A DNA stretch of 64,000 nt from Polyangiales bacterium (lineage in GTDB: Bacteria; Myxococcota_A; Polyangia; Polyangiales; Polyangiaceae): the NCBI GenBank assembly GCA_038231275.1, contig JBBRLQ010000006.1:224001-288000 (forward strand). The letters are read 5' to 3'. A program made the translations under genes and the position numbers. Shown here one piece after another: positions 1-9,794 of this stretch. The notes below the pieces were generated by a model. It made no database searches. It was not told the origin of the DNA and was given only the letters and a program-made list of their open reading frames with translations. Numbering within the stretch: position 1 is the stretch's first letter; each line of letters starts with the position of its first letter.

Positions 1-1404
1 GCCGGCGACGTGATCGCCGCGCGCGTGCACGTCGATCACGCCCTCGCGTTGCGCGATCGGCTGGCCGAGACGCTCCCCGCCGACGTGAAGGCCGCATTCC
101 TCACGCAGCCGAGCATCGCCAAGCTGGTTCGCCTCCAGGTGCTCCTCGTCGAGCCCGCGCCGATCCAGCCCGAAGGCGACGACGATTCGCTCCGCGCGCC
201 GCGCTCCCTTCGCCACTCCGGCGGCGCTCCGCGCGAGATGGTCGGCGACGATCCGGCGATTCGCGGCCTCCTCTCCGCGATCCGCAAGGTGGCGCGCTCG
301 AACGCGACCGTGCTCATCCGCGGCGAGAGCGGTACCGGCAAGGAGCTGGTCGCCGAGGCGCTCCACCGCGCGAGCGATCGCGCGGCCGGGCCGCTCGTCA
401 CCGTGAACTGCGCGGCGCTCGTCGAGACGCTCCTCTTGTCCGAGCTGTTCGGTCACGAGAAAGGCGCGTTCACCGGCGCCTTCGCGCGCCGCCGCGGTCG
501 CTTCGAGCTCGCGGAGGGCGGCACGCTCTTCCTCGACGAGATCGGCGACATCTCGGCGCGCACCCAGGTCGCCCTCTTGCGTGTCCTCCAGGAACGCACG
601 TTCGAGCGCGTCGGCGGCACCATGGCGATCCGCGCCAACGTCCGCATCGTGTGCGCGACGCACCGGGACCTGAAGGCGATGGTCGAGCGCGGCGAGTTCC
701 GCGAGGATCTGTACTACCGCCTCCGCGGCATCACCCTCGAGGTCCCCGCGCTTCGCAGCCGCATGGGAGACCTGCCGCGCATCGCCGACAGCCTCCTCGT
801 GCGCATCGCCGTCGAGCGCGGCGAGTCGCAGAAGTCGCTCTCGAGCGACGCGATCGATCTCCTGAGCCGTCACCGCTGGCCGGGCAACGTGCGCGAGCTC
901 GAGAACGCCCTTCGCGCCGCGTCGCTCTTCGCCGAGACCCAGGCGATCTCCGCCGTTGATCTCGCCGACAACGTCGACGAGCTCCGCGCGCTCGGTGCGA
1001 CGCCGAGCGGCCCGATGTCCTCGCGACCGACGCCGCTGCCGTTTGCTGCGGTCTCCGCTCCCACCTTCGCGGCGCCGTTGCCGTCCGCTTCCTCTTCTGC
1101 CTCCCTCGACACGGTGGACTCCGTCCGCGACGCGACCGACGAAGACGTCGACGGCGTCCCCCTCTCCCCCCTCCCCTCCTTCGAGGCCAGCGCAACGCAA
1201 GTGGCGTACGCCCAGGTGCGGCAGGGCACGGTCACGTTGAGTGACATGAAGCGGCAAATCGAGCGCGATTGCATCGCGCGCGCCCTGGCGGAGACCAAGG
1301 GCAATATCACCCGCGCTGCAGCCCTTCTCGGGATGAAGCGCCCAAGACTCTCTCAGCTCGTGAAGCAGTACGGCCTGGCGGCCGTCTCGTCGGAGGCACC
1401 GTGA
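1..1404 (+). CDS. Sigma54-dependent enhancer-binding protein (AAA+ and Fis-type HTH), 5' end outside window
   Basis: Walker [15 protein letters not shown] loop, Walker [18 protein letters not shown]-terminal [14 protein letters not shown]; frame open at position 1. Confidence 0.95.
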   Translation, partial: AGDVIAARVHVDHALALRDRLAETLPADVKAAFLTQPSIAKLVRLQVLLVEPAPIQPEGDDDSLRAPRSLRHSGGAPREMVGDDPAIRGLLSAIRKVARSNATVLIRGESGTGKELVAEALHRASDRAAGPLVTVNCAALVETLLLSELFGHEKGAFTGAFARRRGRFELAEGGTLFLDEIGDISARTQVALLRVLQERTFERVGGTMAIRANVRIVCATHRDLKAMVERGEFREDLYYRLRGITLEVPALRSRMGDLPRIADSLLVRIAVERGESQKSLSSDAIDLLSRHRWPGNVRELENALRAASLFAETQAISAVDLADNVDELRALGATPSGPMSSRPTPLPFAAVSAPTFAAPLPSASSSASLDTVDSVRDATDEDVDGVPLSPLPSFEASATQVAYAQVRQGTVTLSDMKRQIERDCIARALAETKGNITRAAALLGMKRPRLSQLVKQYGLAAVSSEAP

Positions 1405-1805
1405 TGAAATCCGTGAAAGTGACTGCAGTCCCGTCTCTTTTCGCCATGCTGCTCGCGCTCCCGCTGGCTGCGTGTGCCGCGGAAGTCACACCAAATGAGC
1501 CGGATCCGACGGCAGGACACACGGCGACGGGCCCAGGCCAAGGACCGGCCGGCGCCCCGGAAAACGCGCGCGCCGTCGGAACGAGCGTGCTGCATCGCGG
1601 CTCGGACATGACGCCCGGCAAGCCCGAGCCCATCCCCAACCCGTGGAAGGGCGGTCCCGACGAGAGCTTGCCGTACGGCATCCTCCCGCAGGTCGACAAC
1701 CCCATCGCCGACCTCCCCTCGCCGCGCCCGATCCTCCACAAGACTGTCGACGACCAGGACGTGGAGAAGTACCACGGCCCCGCCGGAGACCATCAGGCCT
1801 ACTGA
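1404..1805 (+). CDS. Small Pro-rich lipoprotein, hypothetical
   Basis: ATG overlaps the EBP stop (TGATG), GGAGG upstream, signal peptide with lipobox LAAC. Confidence 0.7.
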   Translation: MKSVKVTAVPSLFAMLLALPLAACAAEVTPNEPDPTAGHTATGPGQGPAGAPENARAVGTSVLHRGSDMTPGKPEPIPNPWKGGPDESLPYGILPQVDNPIADLPSPRPILHKTVDDQDVEKYHGPAGDHQAY

Positions 1806-1879
1806 CCGCGATCTGCGGCTGCCGCGCTCCAGCGAGCTCAAAAGCCGGCTGACCTCTCACGTCGCGCTACAATGAGCGC

Positions 1880-4024
1880 GTGTTAGAGCTCCGCGCGCGC
1901 ACGACTCTGTTCTGCGGCGTGCTCGCGCTCGCCATCGCGTTGTCGATGCTCCTCCGAGGGCGCCGGAGCGTGCACTGGCTCTTCGCGGCGTTCTCACTGT
2001 GCGTGTCGTTCTGGTACGCGAGCCAGTCACTCGAGAAGATCTTCCAATCGCAGGTGTGGGTTCGCGCGACAGCCGTGCTCACCGTCATTCTTCCGCAGTT
2101 CGCGGTGCACCTCTTCCAGGCCGTCGTGCCTTCGGAGAAGCCGCACACGTCGCGCTTGTCGCGCTGGGCGACCATCTTGGGCATCCCGATGCTCGCGATC
2201 GTCCTGTCGCCGTATCACGAGGCGCCGATCTCGCTCGGGGTCGTCTACTCGTACGTCGTCGGCCTCCTCGGCGCGGCGCTCTACACGCTCGCGGTGCGCG
2301 GCCAAGCCAACCCTTCGCGCGCCGTCCGCGATCGCGTGCGCTTCCTCGGCGTCGTCGGCGCGCTGTCGATGACGTTCACGCTCGCCGACTTCCTCTCGTA
2401 CCTGGGCGTGTACCTGCCGCCGATCGGCGCGGTGCTGGCAACAGTGTTCCTCTTCGTCCTCGCCGAGTCGCTGACTCGCCCGCGCCTCGCGGATCTCTAC
2501 GAGATGGCGGGACGTCTCCTGGTGTCGACCGCGCTCGCGTTCTGCCTCGCCGGCATCTTCTACGTGTTCGTCACGTTCATCGGTCGCTTCAACACGATGT
2601 ATTTGAACGCCGTCCTCGCGGCCATCGTGTTCTTGGTCCTCTTCGAGCCGCTGCAGGGAGAGGTAGAGAAGCGCATCCACCAGTTCTTCTTCCGCGAGCG
2701 CTACGATCTCGAGACGAGCGTCGCCGATCTGCGCCGCCGCCTCTCGCACGTCTTCGAGATCGACGAGATGCGCGAGCTGCTCCTCGCCGGCCTCGAGAGG
2801 TCGCACCGCGTGACGAGCTGCGCAATCTACCTGCGCGATCAGGACGGCGGCGCGTTCGATCTCCTGGGTTGCAACGGCGTCGTCGCGCCCGCTCGCATCG
2901 AGGCGCTGGCCGCGCGGCCGATCCTCGACAAGGTGGAGAAGAACGCGTCGCTCTCGCTGGAGGAGGTCTCCCGCGACGAAGAGGCGAACACGGCGCTGCT
3001 GACCGCCGCCGCCGCGACCCTCGGCCCCCTGAAGTCATGCATCGTCCTCGCGGTGCGCACCGACGAGGGGGAGATCATGGGCCTCGTATGCGTCGCCGAC
3101 GATCGCGTGCGCGACGCGTTCACGCCGGAGGAGGTCTCGCTGCTCGAGACGGTGGCCGCGCAGGCGGCGATCGTCATCGCGAACAGCCGCGTGTACAGCC
3201 GCATGAAAGAGCGCGATCGCCTCGCCGCGCTCGGCGCGATGGCGGCCGGTCTCGCCCACGAGGTCAAGAATCCCCTCGGCGCCATCAAGGGCGCGGCCCA
3301 GCTCCTCGAAGAGCTCGACGTGGAGAAGACCTCGAACGTCCCCGCGACCGACTCGTCGAAGGAGTTCATCGGCATCATCCTCGAAGAGGTGAATCGCCTC
3401 GATCGCGTCGTCGGTAGCTTCCTCGACTACGCGCGTCCGCACGCCGGCAATCCGATTCCGCTCGACGTGAACGCCGCGGTGAGGCGCACCGTTCAAATCT
3501 TGAGCAGCCAGGAGAGCGAAGGACTCGACGTGAAGCTCGAGCTCACCGACGACGTGCCACGCGCCAAGATCGATCCCGAGCAGTTCCGTCAGGTCGTCAT
3601 CAACCTCGTCCAGAACGCGATCCAGGCGATGGACGGACATGGAACGGTCACCGTCTCGACCGCGCGCCGTCGCGTGCCACGTGCGGGGTGGTCGCAGGCG
3701 ACGACGGGACCGCAGTCGGACCGCGGCGCAGGGGGGGGCCGAGAGGAGCCGCAGTTCGTCGAGGTCAGCGTCCGCGACACCGGGCCGGGCATCCCGCAGA
3801 AGGTGCTGCGCAACCTGTTCGTGCCGTTCTTCACGACGAAGGAGCAGGGCACCGGCCTCGGTCTCGCGATCAGCCAGAGCATCGTCCAGAACGCGGGCGG
3901 CAACATCGACGTGCAGACCCAGTCGGGCGCGGGCACGCGATTCACGATCGTCCTGCCGGCGGCGGAGGACACGCTACTGACGCCGCTCCCCACGAGCGCG
4001 AGCATGCCCGCGCCGGCGGAGTGA
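1880..4024 (+). CDS. Membrane-bound sensor histidine kinase (multi-TM N-terminus, GAF, HisKA, HATPase)
   Basis: Several hydrophobic helices, H-box LAHEVKNPL, N-box NLVQNA, DTGPGI, PFFTTK, GTGLGL. Confidence 0.93.
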   Translation: MLELRARTTLFCGVLALAIALSMLLRGRRSVHWLFAAFSLCVSFWYASQSLEKIFQSQVWVRATAVLTVILPQFAVHLFQAVVPSEKPHTSRLSRWATILGIPMLAIVLSPYHEAPISLGVVYSYVVGLLGAALYTLAVRGQANPSRAVRDRVRFLGVVGALSMTFTLADFLSYLGVYLPPIGAVLATVFLFVLAESLTRPRLADLYEMAGRLLVSTALAFCLAGIFYVFVTFIGRFNTMYLNAVLAAIVFLVLFEPLQGEVEKRIHQFFFRERYDLETSVADLRRRLSHVFEIDEMRELLLAGLERSHRVTSCAIYLRDQDGGAFDLLGCNGVVAPARIEALAARPILDKVEKNASLSLEEVSRDEEANTALLTAAAATLGPLKSCIVLAVRTDEGEIMGLVCVADDRVRDAFTPEEVSLLETVAAQAAIVIANSRVYSRMKERDRLAALGAMAAGLAHEVKNPLGAIKGAAQLLEELDVEKTSNVPATDSSKEFIGIILEEVNRLDRVVGSFLDYARPHAGNPIPLDVNAAVRRTVQILSSQESEGLDVKLELTDDVPRAKIDPEQFRQVVINLVQNAIQAMDGHGTVTVSTARRRVPRAGWSQATTGPQSDRGAGGGREEPQFVEVSVRDTGPGIPQKVLRNLFVPFFTTKEQGTGLGLAISQSIVQNAGGNIDVQTQSGAGTRFTIVLPAAEDTLLTPLPTSASMPAPAE

Positions 4025-4034
4025 GGGGGCACCA

Positions 4035-4052
4035 GAGTCGGAGTCGGAGTCG
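4035..4052. repeat. Intergenic hexamer tandem repeat (GAGTCG)x3
   Basis: gagtcggagtcggagtcg read directly. Confidence 0.8.
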
Positions 4053-4095
4053 TGGCCCGCACGGACAAGTGCTACCGTTGAAAAGAGGCCTGGCG

Positions 4096-4908
4096 ATGCA
4101 GGATTCGTTTCGGAGTCTCGTCGATTCGCTTCTTCGCCCCGAGCGCCCGTGTCTTCCGTCGTGCCTTCGCGAGCGGGAGCATCATCGGGCAGCGCAGACG
4201 CGAATCGCCGAACGACGTGCGCGCGCCCTCGCGCAGTGCCGGGCCAACATCGAGAGCGCGCGGGAGGCCGTGTTCGCGGCGAACAACGGCCATGTTTCGG
4301 CGCGCATGACCAAGCTCGAGCGCGAGTGGCGCACACTTTCGCGCACGGATCCCGACGCAGGGTGCATGGATCTGTGGGCGCGCATCGCCCCCTATTCGTG
4401 GATCGATCGCAAGCGCTGGCGCGACAGCGAGCCCGCTGTGAGAGCTGATGTGGCGACCGCGCTCGCGGCGGACGTCTCTGGCGTGGAGGCGGCGGAGTCG
4501 GCGATCGCGTCGCTGCGCGTGGCGCTCGCCGCTTGGGGAACGACGCTGGGGCCGCAGATCCGCTGGAGCCCGTTCGAGCGCGACGCCGACGCTGTCACTG
4601 GTCTGCTGGCGGAGCCTCTTCGCGTCGCGTGCGAAGCCGTGGCGGTCGGCGACACGAGATCTATCGTCGGCGAGCGAACGCGCCAGCTTTCGCGCATCGT
4701 CCACGAAGCCGTCCGCGAACGGTTCCCGGAGCGCCCCCTCCTCGCGCAAGCGATCGCGCACGCGGCGTTCGTCGACGGTTGGTTGCGCGCCGCGGCGCTC
4801 GCCGATCTGCCGGATCCGGTCGCGCCTCTCCGCGAGCTCTGGAGCACCGGCTACGGGCTCGTGGTCGCCGACGGGACGGGCGTGACTCTCGAGATCCCGA
4901 GCCTGTGA
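4096..4908 (+). CDS. Hypothetical protein
   Basis: ATG at 4096 preceded by AAGAGG; plausible globular composition; upstream part of the 3688 ORF overlaps the kinase and was discarded. Confidence 0.6.
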   Translation: MQDSFRSLVDSLLRPERPCLPSCLREREHHRAAQTRIAERRARALAQCRANIESAREAVFAANNGHVSARMTKLEREWRTLSRTDPDAGCMDLWARIAPYSWIDRKRWRDSEPAVRADVATALAADVSGVEAAESAIASLRVALAAWGTTLGPQIRWSPFERDADAVTGLLAEPLRVACEAVAVGDTRSIVGERTRQLSRIVHEAVRERFPERPLLAQAIAHAAFVDGWLRAAALADLPDPVAPLRELWSTGYGLVVADGTGVTLEIPSL

Positions 4909-5186
4909 CCCTTCCGCCGGGTCGACGAGGTTTTGGCGATGGTCCGCGACGTGCCCGTTCAATCCGGCGACGAGCTCGTGGATCTCGGCTCGGGTCTCGG
5001 ACGCGTCGTCATTCTCGCGCACCTATTGACCGGCGCGCGCGCCTTCGGCGTCGAGATCCAAGCGCACCTCGTCGACATGGCGCCCGCGCGGGGTGCCGAG
5101 TTTGCGCTGGGCGGCGCTTTCCGTGGCTACTTCCGCGCGCGCGCTCGAGCGTCTCGCTCGCGATCTACGACTCGGCCGCGATGTGA
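4909..5186 (+). pseudogene. Fragment of class I SAM-dependent (DOT1-like) methyltransferase
   Basis: Motif I LVDLGSGLGRVV and post-I GVEI present; no N-terminus, frame runs on into antisense fhs; a possible C-terminal remnant (PWL...SSVSLAIYDS*) lies in another frame ending 5186. Confidence 0.6.
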
Positions 5187-5202
5187 TCGAAATCGGTCGG
5201 GC

Positions 5203-6876
5203 CTAGTCGTTCTGCATCAACCCCTTGATCTTCCCATCCGCAAGCAGCTTCACGGCTCGCGCCGCCGGCACTTTCGGCAAGCCCGGCATCGTCATCATGT
5301 CTCCCGTCAACGGCACCAGAAACCCCGCGCCTGCCGACAATCGCACGTCGCGTACGGTGATCGTGAAGTCGCGCGGTCGGCCAGGCTTCGTCGGATCGTC
5401 GGTCAGCGAGAGCTGCGTCTTGGCCATACAGATGGGGAGCTTTTCGTACCCGAGCCCGCGGATCCTCTTCAGGCTCGCGTCGGCCGCAGACGTGAAGACG
5501 ACATCCTTCGCGCCGTAGATCGTGCGTGCGATCTTGCGAATCTTCTCCTCCGGCGCGTCCTCGAGCGCGTAGACGTACTGCGGCACGGGAGGCGCGGCGT
5601 CGGTCGCGTCGACCACCTCGGTCACGATGCGCGCGAGATCCATCGCCCCTTCGCCGCCCTTGCTGAAGCCCTCGCACGCGGCGACGCGCGCGCCGAGCTT
5701 GGCGGCCGCCTTCTCGACCATCGCGAGCTCGTCCTTCGTGTCGTTCGGGAACACGTTGATCGCGACGACCGGCGTGAGCCCGTACGCCCGCGCGTTCTCG
5801 AGGTGCTTCTCCAGGTGCGCGAGGCCCTGCTCGAGGCGCGCTGCGTCGGGCTCGCCCGCCGTCTTCACAGGCGCGCCGCCGTGCATCTTGAGCGCCCTGA
5901 GCGTCGCGACGAGGACGATCGCGCGCGGCCAGATCCCCGCGAGCCGGCACTTGATGTTCAGGAATTTTTCGCCGCCGAGATCGAAGCCGAAGCCGGCCTC
6001 GGTGATCGCGTAGTCGCCGAGGTTCATCGCGAGGCGCGTCGCAAGGACGCTGTTGCACCCGTGCGCGATGTTGCCGAAAGGCCCGCAGTGCACCACCGCG
6101 GCCCCGCCCTCGGCCGTCTGCACCAGGTTCGGCTTCAGCGCGTCACGCAGGACCGCGGTCATGGCGCCCGCCGCGCCGACGTCGCCCGCCGTCACCGCCT
6201 TGCCGCCATACGTCGAGCCGACCACGACCCGCGCGAGTCGCTCCTCGAGATCCGCGTAGCTCGTCGCGAGCGAGAGGATCGCCATGATCTCGCTCGCCGC
6301 GGTGATGTCGAAGCGCTCCTCGCGCATCACGCCGTGCGATTTGCCGCCCATTCCGACGATGCAGCGCCTGAGGAAGCGATCGTTCATGTCGAGCGCGCGA
6401 CCCCAGGTGATTTGCCGGGGATCGAGCGGCCCGTCGCCGTGCTCGTCGCGAAAGTAGACGGAGTTGTCGACGAGGGCCGACAGGAGGTTGTGCGCCGTGG
6501 TGATGGCGTGGATGTCGCCGGTGAAGTGCAGGTTGATGTCGTCGGCCGGGACGAGGCTCGCCTTGCCGCCGCCGGTGCCGCCGCCCTTCACGCCGAACAC
6601 CGGCCCGAGCGACGGCTCGCGCAGCGCCAGCACCGCGTTCTTCCCGAGGCGCCGCATGCCCATCGCGAGGCCGATCGAGGTCGTCGTCTTCCCCTCCCCG
6701 GCCGGCGTCGGGTTGATCGCCGTCACGAGGACGAGCCGTCCCTTTCCACGCGGCGGCTTCGTCAGCGCCGAAAGCTCGATCTTGGCCTTCCCGCGGCCAT
6801 ACGGCTCGAGCTCCGACTCGGCGAGGCCGAGCTCCGTGGCGACGTCGGCGATGGGGCGAGGAGAAAACGTCATCAT
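5203..6876 (-). CDS. fhs: Formate--tetrahydrofolate ligase
   Basis: TAINPTPAGEGKTT, GVKGGGTGGG, HCGPFGNIAHG, TEAGFG, ICMAKTQ, MTMPGLP; 557 aa. Confidence 0.97.
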   Translation of the reverse strand: MMTFSPRPIADVATELGLAESELEPYGRGKAKIELSALTKPPRGKGRLVLVTAINPTPAGEGKTTTSIGLAMGMRRLGKNAVLALREPSLGPVFGVKGGGTGGGKASLVPADDINLHFTGDIHAITTAHNLLSALVDNSVYFRDEHGDGPLDPRQITWGRALDMNDRFLRRCIVGMGGKSHGVMREERFDITAASEIMAILSLATSYADLEERLARVVVGSTYGGKAVTAGDVGAAGAMTAVLRDALKPNLVQTAEGGAAVVHCGPFGNIAHGCNSVLATRLAMNLGDYAITEAGFGFDLGGEKFLNIKCRLAGIWPRAIVLVATLRALKMHGGAPVKTAGEPDAARLEQGLAHLEKHLENARAYGLTPVVAINVFPNDTKDELAMVEKAAAKLGARVAACEGFSKGGEGAMDLARIVTEVVDATDAAPPVPQYVYALEDAPEEKIRKIARTIYGAKDVVFTSAADASLKRIRGLGYEKLPICMAKTQLSLTDDPTKPGRPRDFTITVRDVRLSAGAGFLVPLTGDMMTMPGLPKVPAARAVKLLADGKIKGLMQND

Positions 6877-6987
6877 GCCTCCGGGGGACCGGGAAAATGG
6901 CCCGTTCTACGCGCGCGGTCAACGGTGAGGATGGCGATCAGGGCTTGCGCAGACCGTGGATCCTGGCAACTCTGTGGGAGAGAGACG

Positions 6988-7176
6988 ATGCGCATCGTAG
7001 GGAAACGCCAAGAAGGCTCGGGCGATCGAAAAGGGCTGGATTCTCTGCTCCGCACGTTTGGCGGCGGCGCAAAGAAGGGCGTGTTTCGTTACCAAAGCCA
7101 GGAAGAGGCCAACCGAGACTGGGATCAATGGATGAGCGAACGCGTGCAGCGACGTATGAAGACCTCCTCGCCGTAG
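6988..7176 (+). CDS. 62-aa protein, putative partner/antitoxin of downstream nucleotidyltransferase
   Basis: ATG after GGGAGAGAG; MRIVGKR...KGVFRYQSQEEANRDWDQW; overlaps next gene by 49 nt. Confidence 0.6.
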   Translation: MRIVGKRQEGSGDRKGLDSLLRTFGGGAKKGVFRYQSQEEANRDWDQWMSERVQRRMKTSSP

Positions 7177-7601
7177 CGACGCTGCTCGAGGCGGAGCACG
7201 TCGAATACGCGCTGATCGGCGGCTACGCGCTCGCGTTGCAGGGCATCGTGCGCTTGACCGAAGACGTCGACATCCTGGTCGAGCCCACGCTCGAGAACGC
7301 GCGGCGTTGGGTGCGTGCGCTCTCCAAGCTGCCGGACGGCGCGGCCAAAGAGCTCTTGGGCGACGACACGCTGCATGAAGAGCCCTATGCGATCCGCATC
7401 AACGACGAGTTCACGGTCGACGTGATGAACTCCGCGTCGGGTTTTTCGTGGCAGGATCTGGTGGGCTACCGAACGCGAATCGAGGGCATCTGCGTCCTCT
7501 CGCTCGAGGGGCTCCTCAAGATGAAGGAGCACGGACGCCTCAAGGATCGCGCGGACGCGGAAGCGATCCGGAAGGCGCTCGGTCTCTCACACGACGAGTA
7601 G
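7128..7601 (+). CDS. Small nucleotidyltransferase (Pol-beta superfamily, AbiEii/DUF6036-like)
   Basis: LIGGYAL...RLTEDVDIL (GG plus DxD) and C-terminal LLKMK...RLKDRAD. Confidence 0.8.
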   Translation: MDERTRAATYEDLLAVATLLEAEHVEYALIGGYALALQGIVRLTEDVDILVEPTLENARRWVRALSKLPDGAAKELLGDDTLHEEPYAIRINDEFTVDVMNSASGFSWQDLVGYRTRIEGICVLSLEGLLKMKEHGRLKDRADAEAIRKALGLSHDE

Positions 7602-7618
7602 CGTCGCCGGCGCGGAAT

Positions 7619-8698
7619 TCATCCGTAGCGCTTCTCGAAGAGCGCCTTCACCGCCGGCAGCTCGCGCATCATCGCGAGCGAGTGATCGGCGTGGCCGTGC
7701 GCGTAGCCGTTGCCGATGAAGAGATCGATGTCCTTGCCGACACCCTCGGCGCCGAGCGCCGCTTTGGTGAAGCTCGTCGACATCGCGAAGAAGTAGGCGA
7801 TGCCGCGATCTTTGGTGCACAGGATCGCGCCCATCTCGGCGTCGGCGACGTTGACGCACGAGAAGCTGACGTCGACCTCGTGACCGCCGTTCGCCGCGAG
7901 GACGGCGCGGCGAACGCTCACCGGATCGCGCGCATCGCACCCGACGACGGCGTCGCAGATCCCGAGCGCGCGCAAGTCCTCCGCGTACGGCGCGTGGCTC
8001 TCGACGCCGATGATGCGCGCCGACTTGCCGCCCACGCGCCGCGCCTCGGCCGCGCAGAGAATCCCGCTCTTGCCGCCGGCGCCGAGGACCAGCACGCTAT
8101 TGCCCGGCTTCACGAGTCGCGCGACTTGCGGCGCCGCGCCTGCGACGTCGAGGACCGCCAGCGCGAGCCGCTCGCTCATCTGTTCCGGCGGCGGCAAGCG
8201 TGCGTAGGCGCCGCTCGCAAAGAGGACGGCCTCCCCGTCGACATCGAGCTGCGCGCTCGGTCTGCGGATCGCCTTGATCCGATCGATCTTCAGCGGCGTC
8301 AGCGACAGCGACACGAGCGTCGCCACGCGCGTCCCGACCTCCAGCTTCGCCGAATCGCCTCGCGACGGCTCGACCTGGAGCACACGCCCGAGCAGCATTC
8401 CGCCCGAACCGGTCACCGGGTTATGCTGCTTTCCCCTACCCTCTACGGTCTCGAGGACTTTTTTTCCAAGCGCGTCGTCCGTGGAGGTGATTTCCTCCAT
8501 CTGTCGGAAGCTGGCGGCGTCCACGTTCAACGTCTCCACGCCGAGAAGAAGCTCCCCCTCGAAAAGGCGTGAAAAATCGTTGTCGACGCGCAGCGCAGGT
8601 TGTGGGAGAGCCCCTCTCGGCTCGACGGCCCGGTGGGTCCCGAAGGGGTCTCCGCCTGGCACGACGGGCCTCGGGAGCCGAAGCGTCGGGTGCGACAT
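7619..8698 (-). CDS. kdd: L-erythro-3,5-diaminohexanoate dehydrogenase
   Basis: GDPFGTHR..EP.GALPQPA, LNVDAASF, HNPVTGSGG, TLVSLSLTPL, LDVAGA, GAGGKSG, FFAMSTSF, IGNGY. Confidence 0.9.
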   Translation of the reverse strand: MSHPTLRLPRPVVPGGDPFGTHRAVEPRGALPQPALRVDNDFSRLFEGELLLGVETLNVDAASFRQMEEITSTDDALGKKVLETVEGRGKQHNPVTGSGGMLLGRVLQVEPSRGDSAKLEVGTRVATLVSLSLTPLKIDRIKAIRRPSAQLDVDGEAVLFASGAYARLPPPEQMSERLALAVLDVAGAAPQVARLVKPGNSVLVLGAGGKSGILCAAEARRVGGKSARIIGVESHAPYAEDLRALGICDAVVGCDARDPVSVRRAVLAANGGHEVDVSFSCVNVADAEMGAILCTKDRGIAYFFAMSTSFTKAALGAEGVGKDIDLFIGNGYAHGHADHSLAMMRELPAVKALFEKRYG

Positions 8699-8813
8699 GG
8701 CGGCGATCTTCTACCCCGACTTGACCCGGATCGGTGGCACTCGTTACTCTTTTCGAAGATTTTCAGGTAGTTTGCATCGGCCGTTTGTCGTTCATACCTA
8801 GGCGTCTTCCCGC

Positions 8814-9791
8814 GTGATGCAAGATCCGTCTCCCAAGCCGAACGTTCAGACCGCCCGCCCACCGGCCGGGGCGCGTTCGTACGTGCTGCGCTTCATCAGC
8901 GGCAAGTACCAAGGCGGCGAGTTCCCGATCGTCCCGGAGAAACAGATCGTCGTGGGTCGCTCGAGCGATCTCGACATGGTCCTCGTCGAGGACATGGTCA
9001 GTCGCAAGCACGCACGCATCGCGATGCAGGCCGACCAGATCTGGATCGAAGATCTCGGCAGCACCAACGGGACGTTCGTGAACGGCGAGAAGATCAAGCG
9101 CGCGCGCCTCAAAGAAGGCGACCGCGTCCTCATCGGCACGAGCATCCTCAAGGTCATCGCCGGCGAAGGCCAGGCCCAGCCGCGCGAGACCGCCGAGGTG
9201 AAGCAGAACCTCGAGCGCGTCGCCGATCAGCGCCGCACCAGCGCCAACCGCACGATGAGCGGCAGCATCGAGGAGGTGCCGCTGCCCGATCTCCTCCAGC
9301 TCTTCGGCACGTCGAAGAAGAGCGGCGTCCTCGTCGTGCGCACCGACGACGACGTAGGCCGCATCTTCATGCGCAAGGGCGTCATCTACCACGCGTCAAT
9401 CAACGATTTGGACGACGTGCCGCCGATGAAGTCGATCTTCCGACTTCTCACCTGGCAAAAGGGTCTCTTCGATCTCGATCCGCCGGACGAGCGCGAGTTC
9501 CCGAACGAGCTCTCGCTCTCGGTGCAGGAGATCCTCATGGAGGGTCTTCGCCAGCTCGACGAGTTCAACGAGCTGCGTGATCAGCTCCCGGATTTGCACT
9601 CGCGCCTCGTACTCGCGACGCCGCTCGCCGCGCCGCTCCGCGAGCTGAAGCCGGCGGAACTCGATCTCTTGCAGATGGCCCACAACTACGGGCACCTCGA
9701 GACCGTGATGAACAAGAGCCAGGCGACGGACCTCGAGACCGTGCAGATGCTGCTGAAGCTCCTCAAGCAGCAGTACCTGCGCGCCGAGTAG
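8814..9791 (+). CDS. FHA-domain plus DUF4388 protein
   Basis: FHA GR...VSRKHA...DLGSTNGTFVNG; then GSIEEVPLPDLLQL...KKSGVL...W..G.F...LMEG. Confidence 0.88.
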   Translation: MMQDPSPKPNVQTARPPAGARSYVLRFISGKYQGGEFPIVPEKQIVVGRSSDLDMVLVEDMVSRKHARIAMQADQIWIEDLGSTNGTFVNGEKIKRARLKEGDRVLIGTSILKVIAGEGQAQPRETAEVKQNLERVADQRRTSANRTMSGSIEEVPLPDLLQLFGTSKKSGVLVVRTDDDVGRIFMRKGVIYHASINDLDDVPPMKSIFRLLTWQKGLFDLDPPDEREFPNELSLSVQEILMEGLRQLDEFNELRDQLPDLHSRLVLATPLAAPLRELKPAELDLLQMAHNYGHLETVMNKSQATDLETVQMLLKLLKQQYLRAE

Positions 9792-9794
9792 CGC

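Noticed and set aside
6877-6987. Possible THF/ZTP riboswitch upstream of fhs
   Set aside because: No recognisable consensus by eye; an Rfam/Infernal scan would be needed.
4933-7176. 747-aa ORF as a single gene
   Set aside because: Composite of a methyltransferase fragment, fhs antisense and the real 62-aa gene that happen to share a frame.
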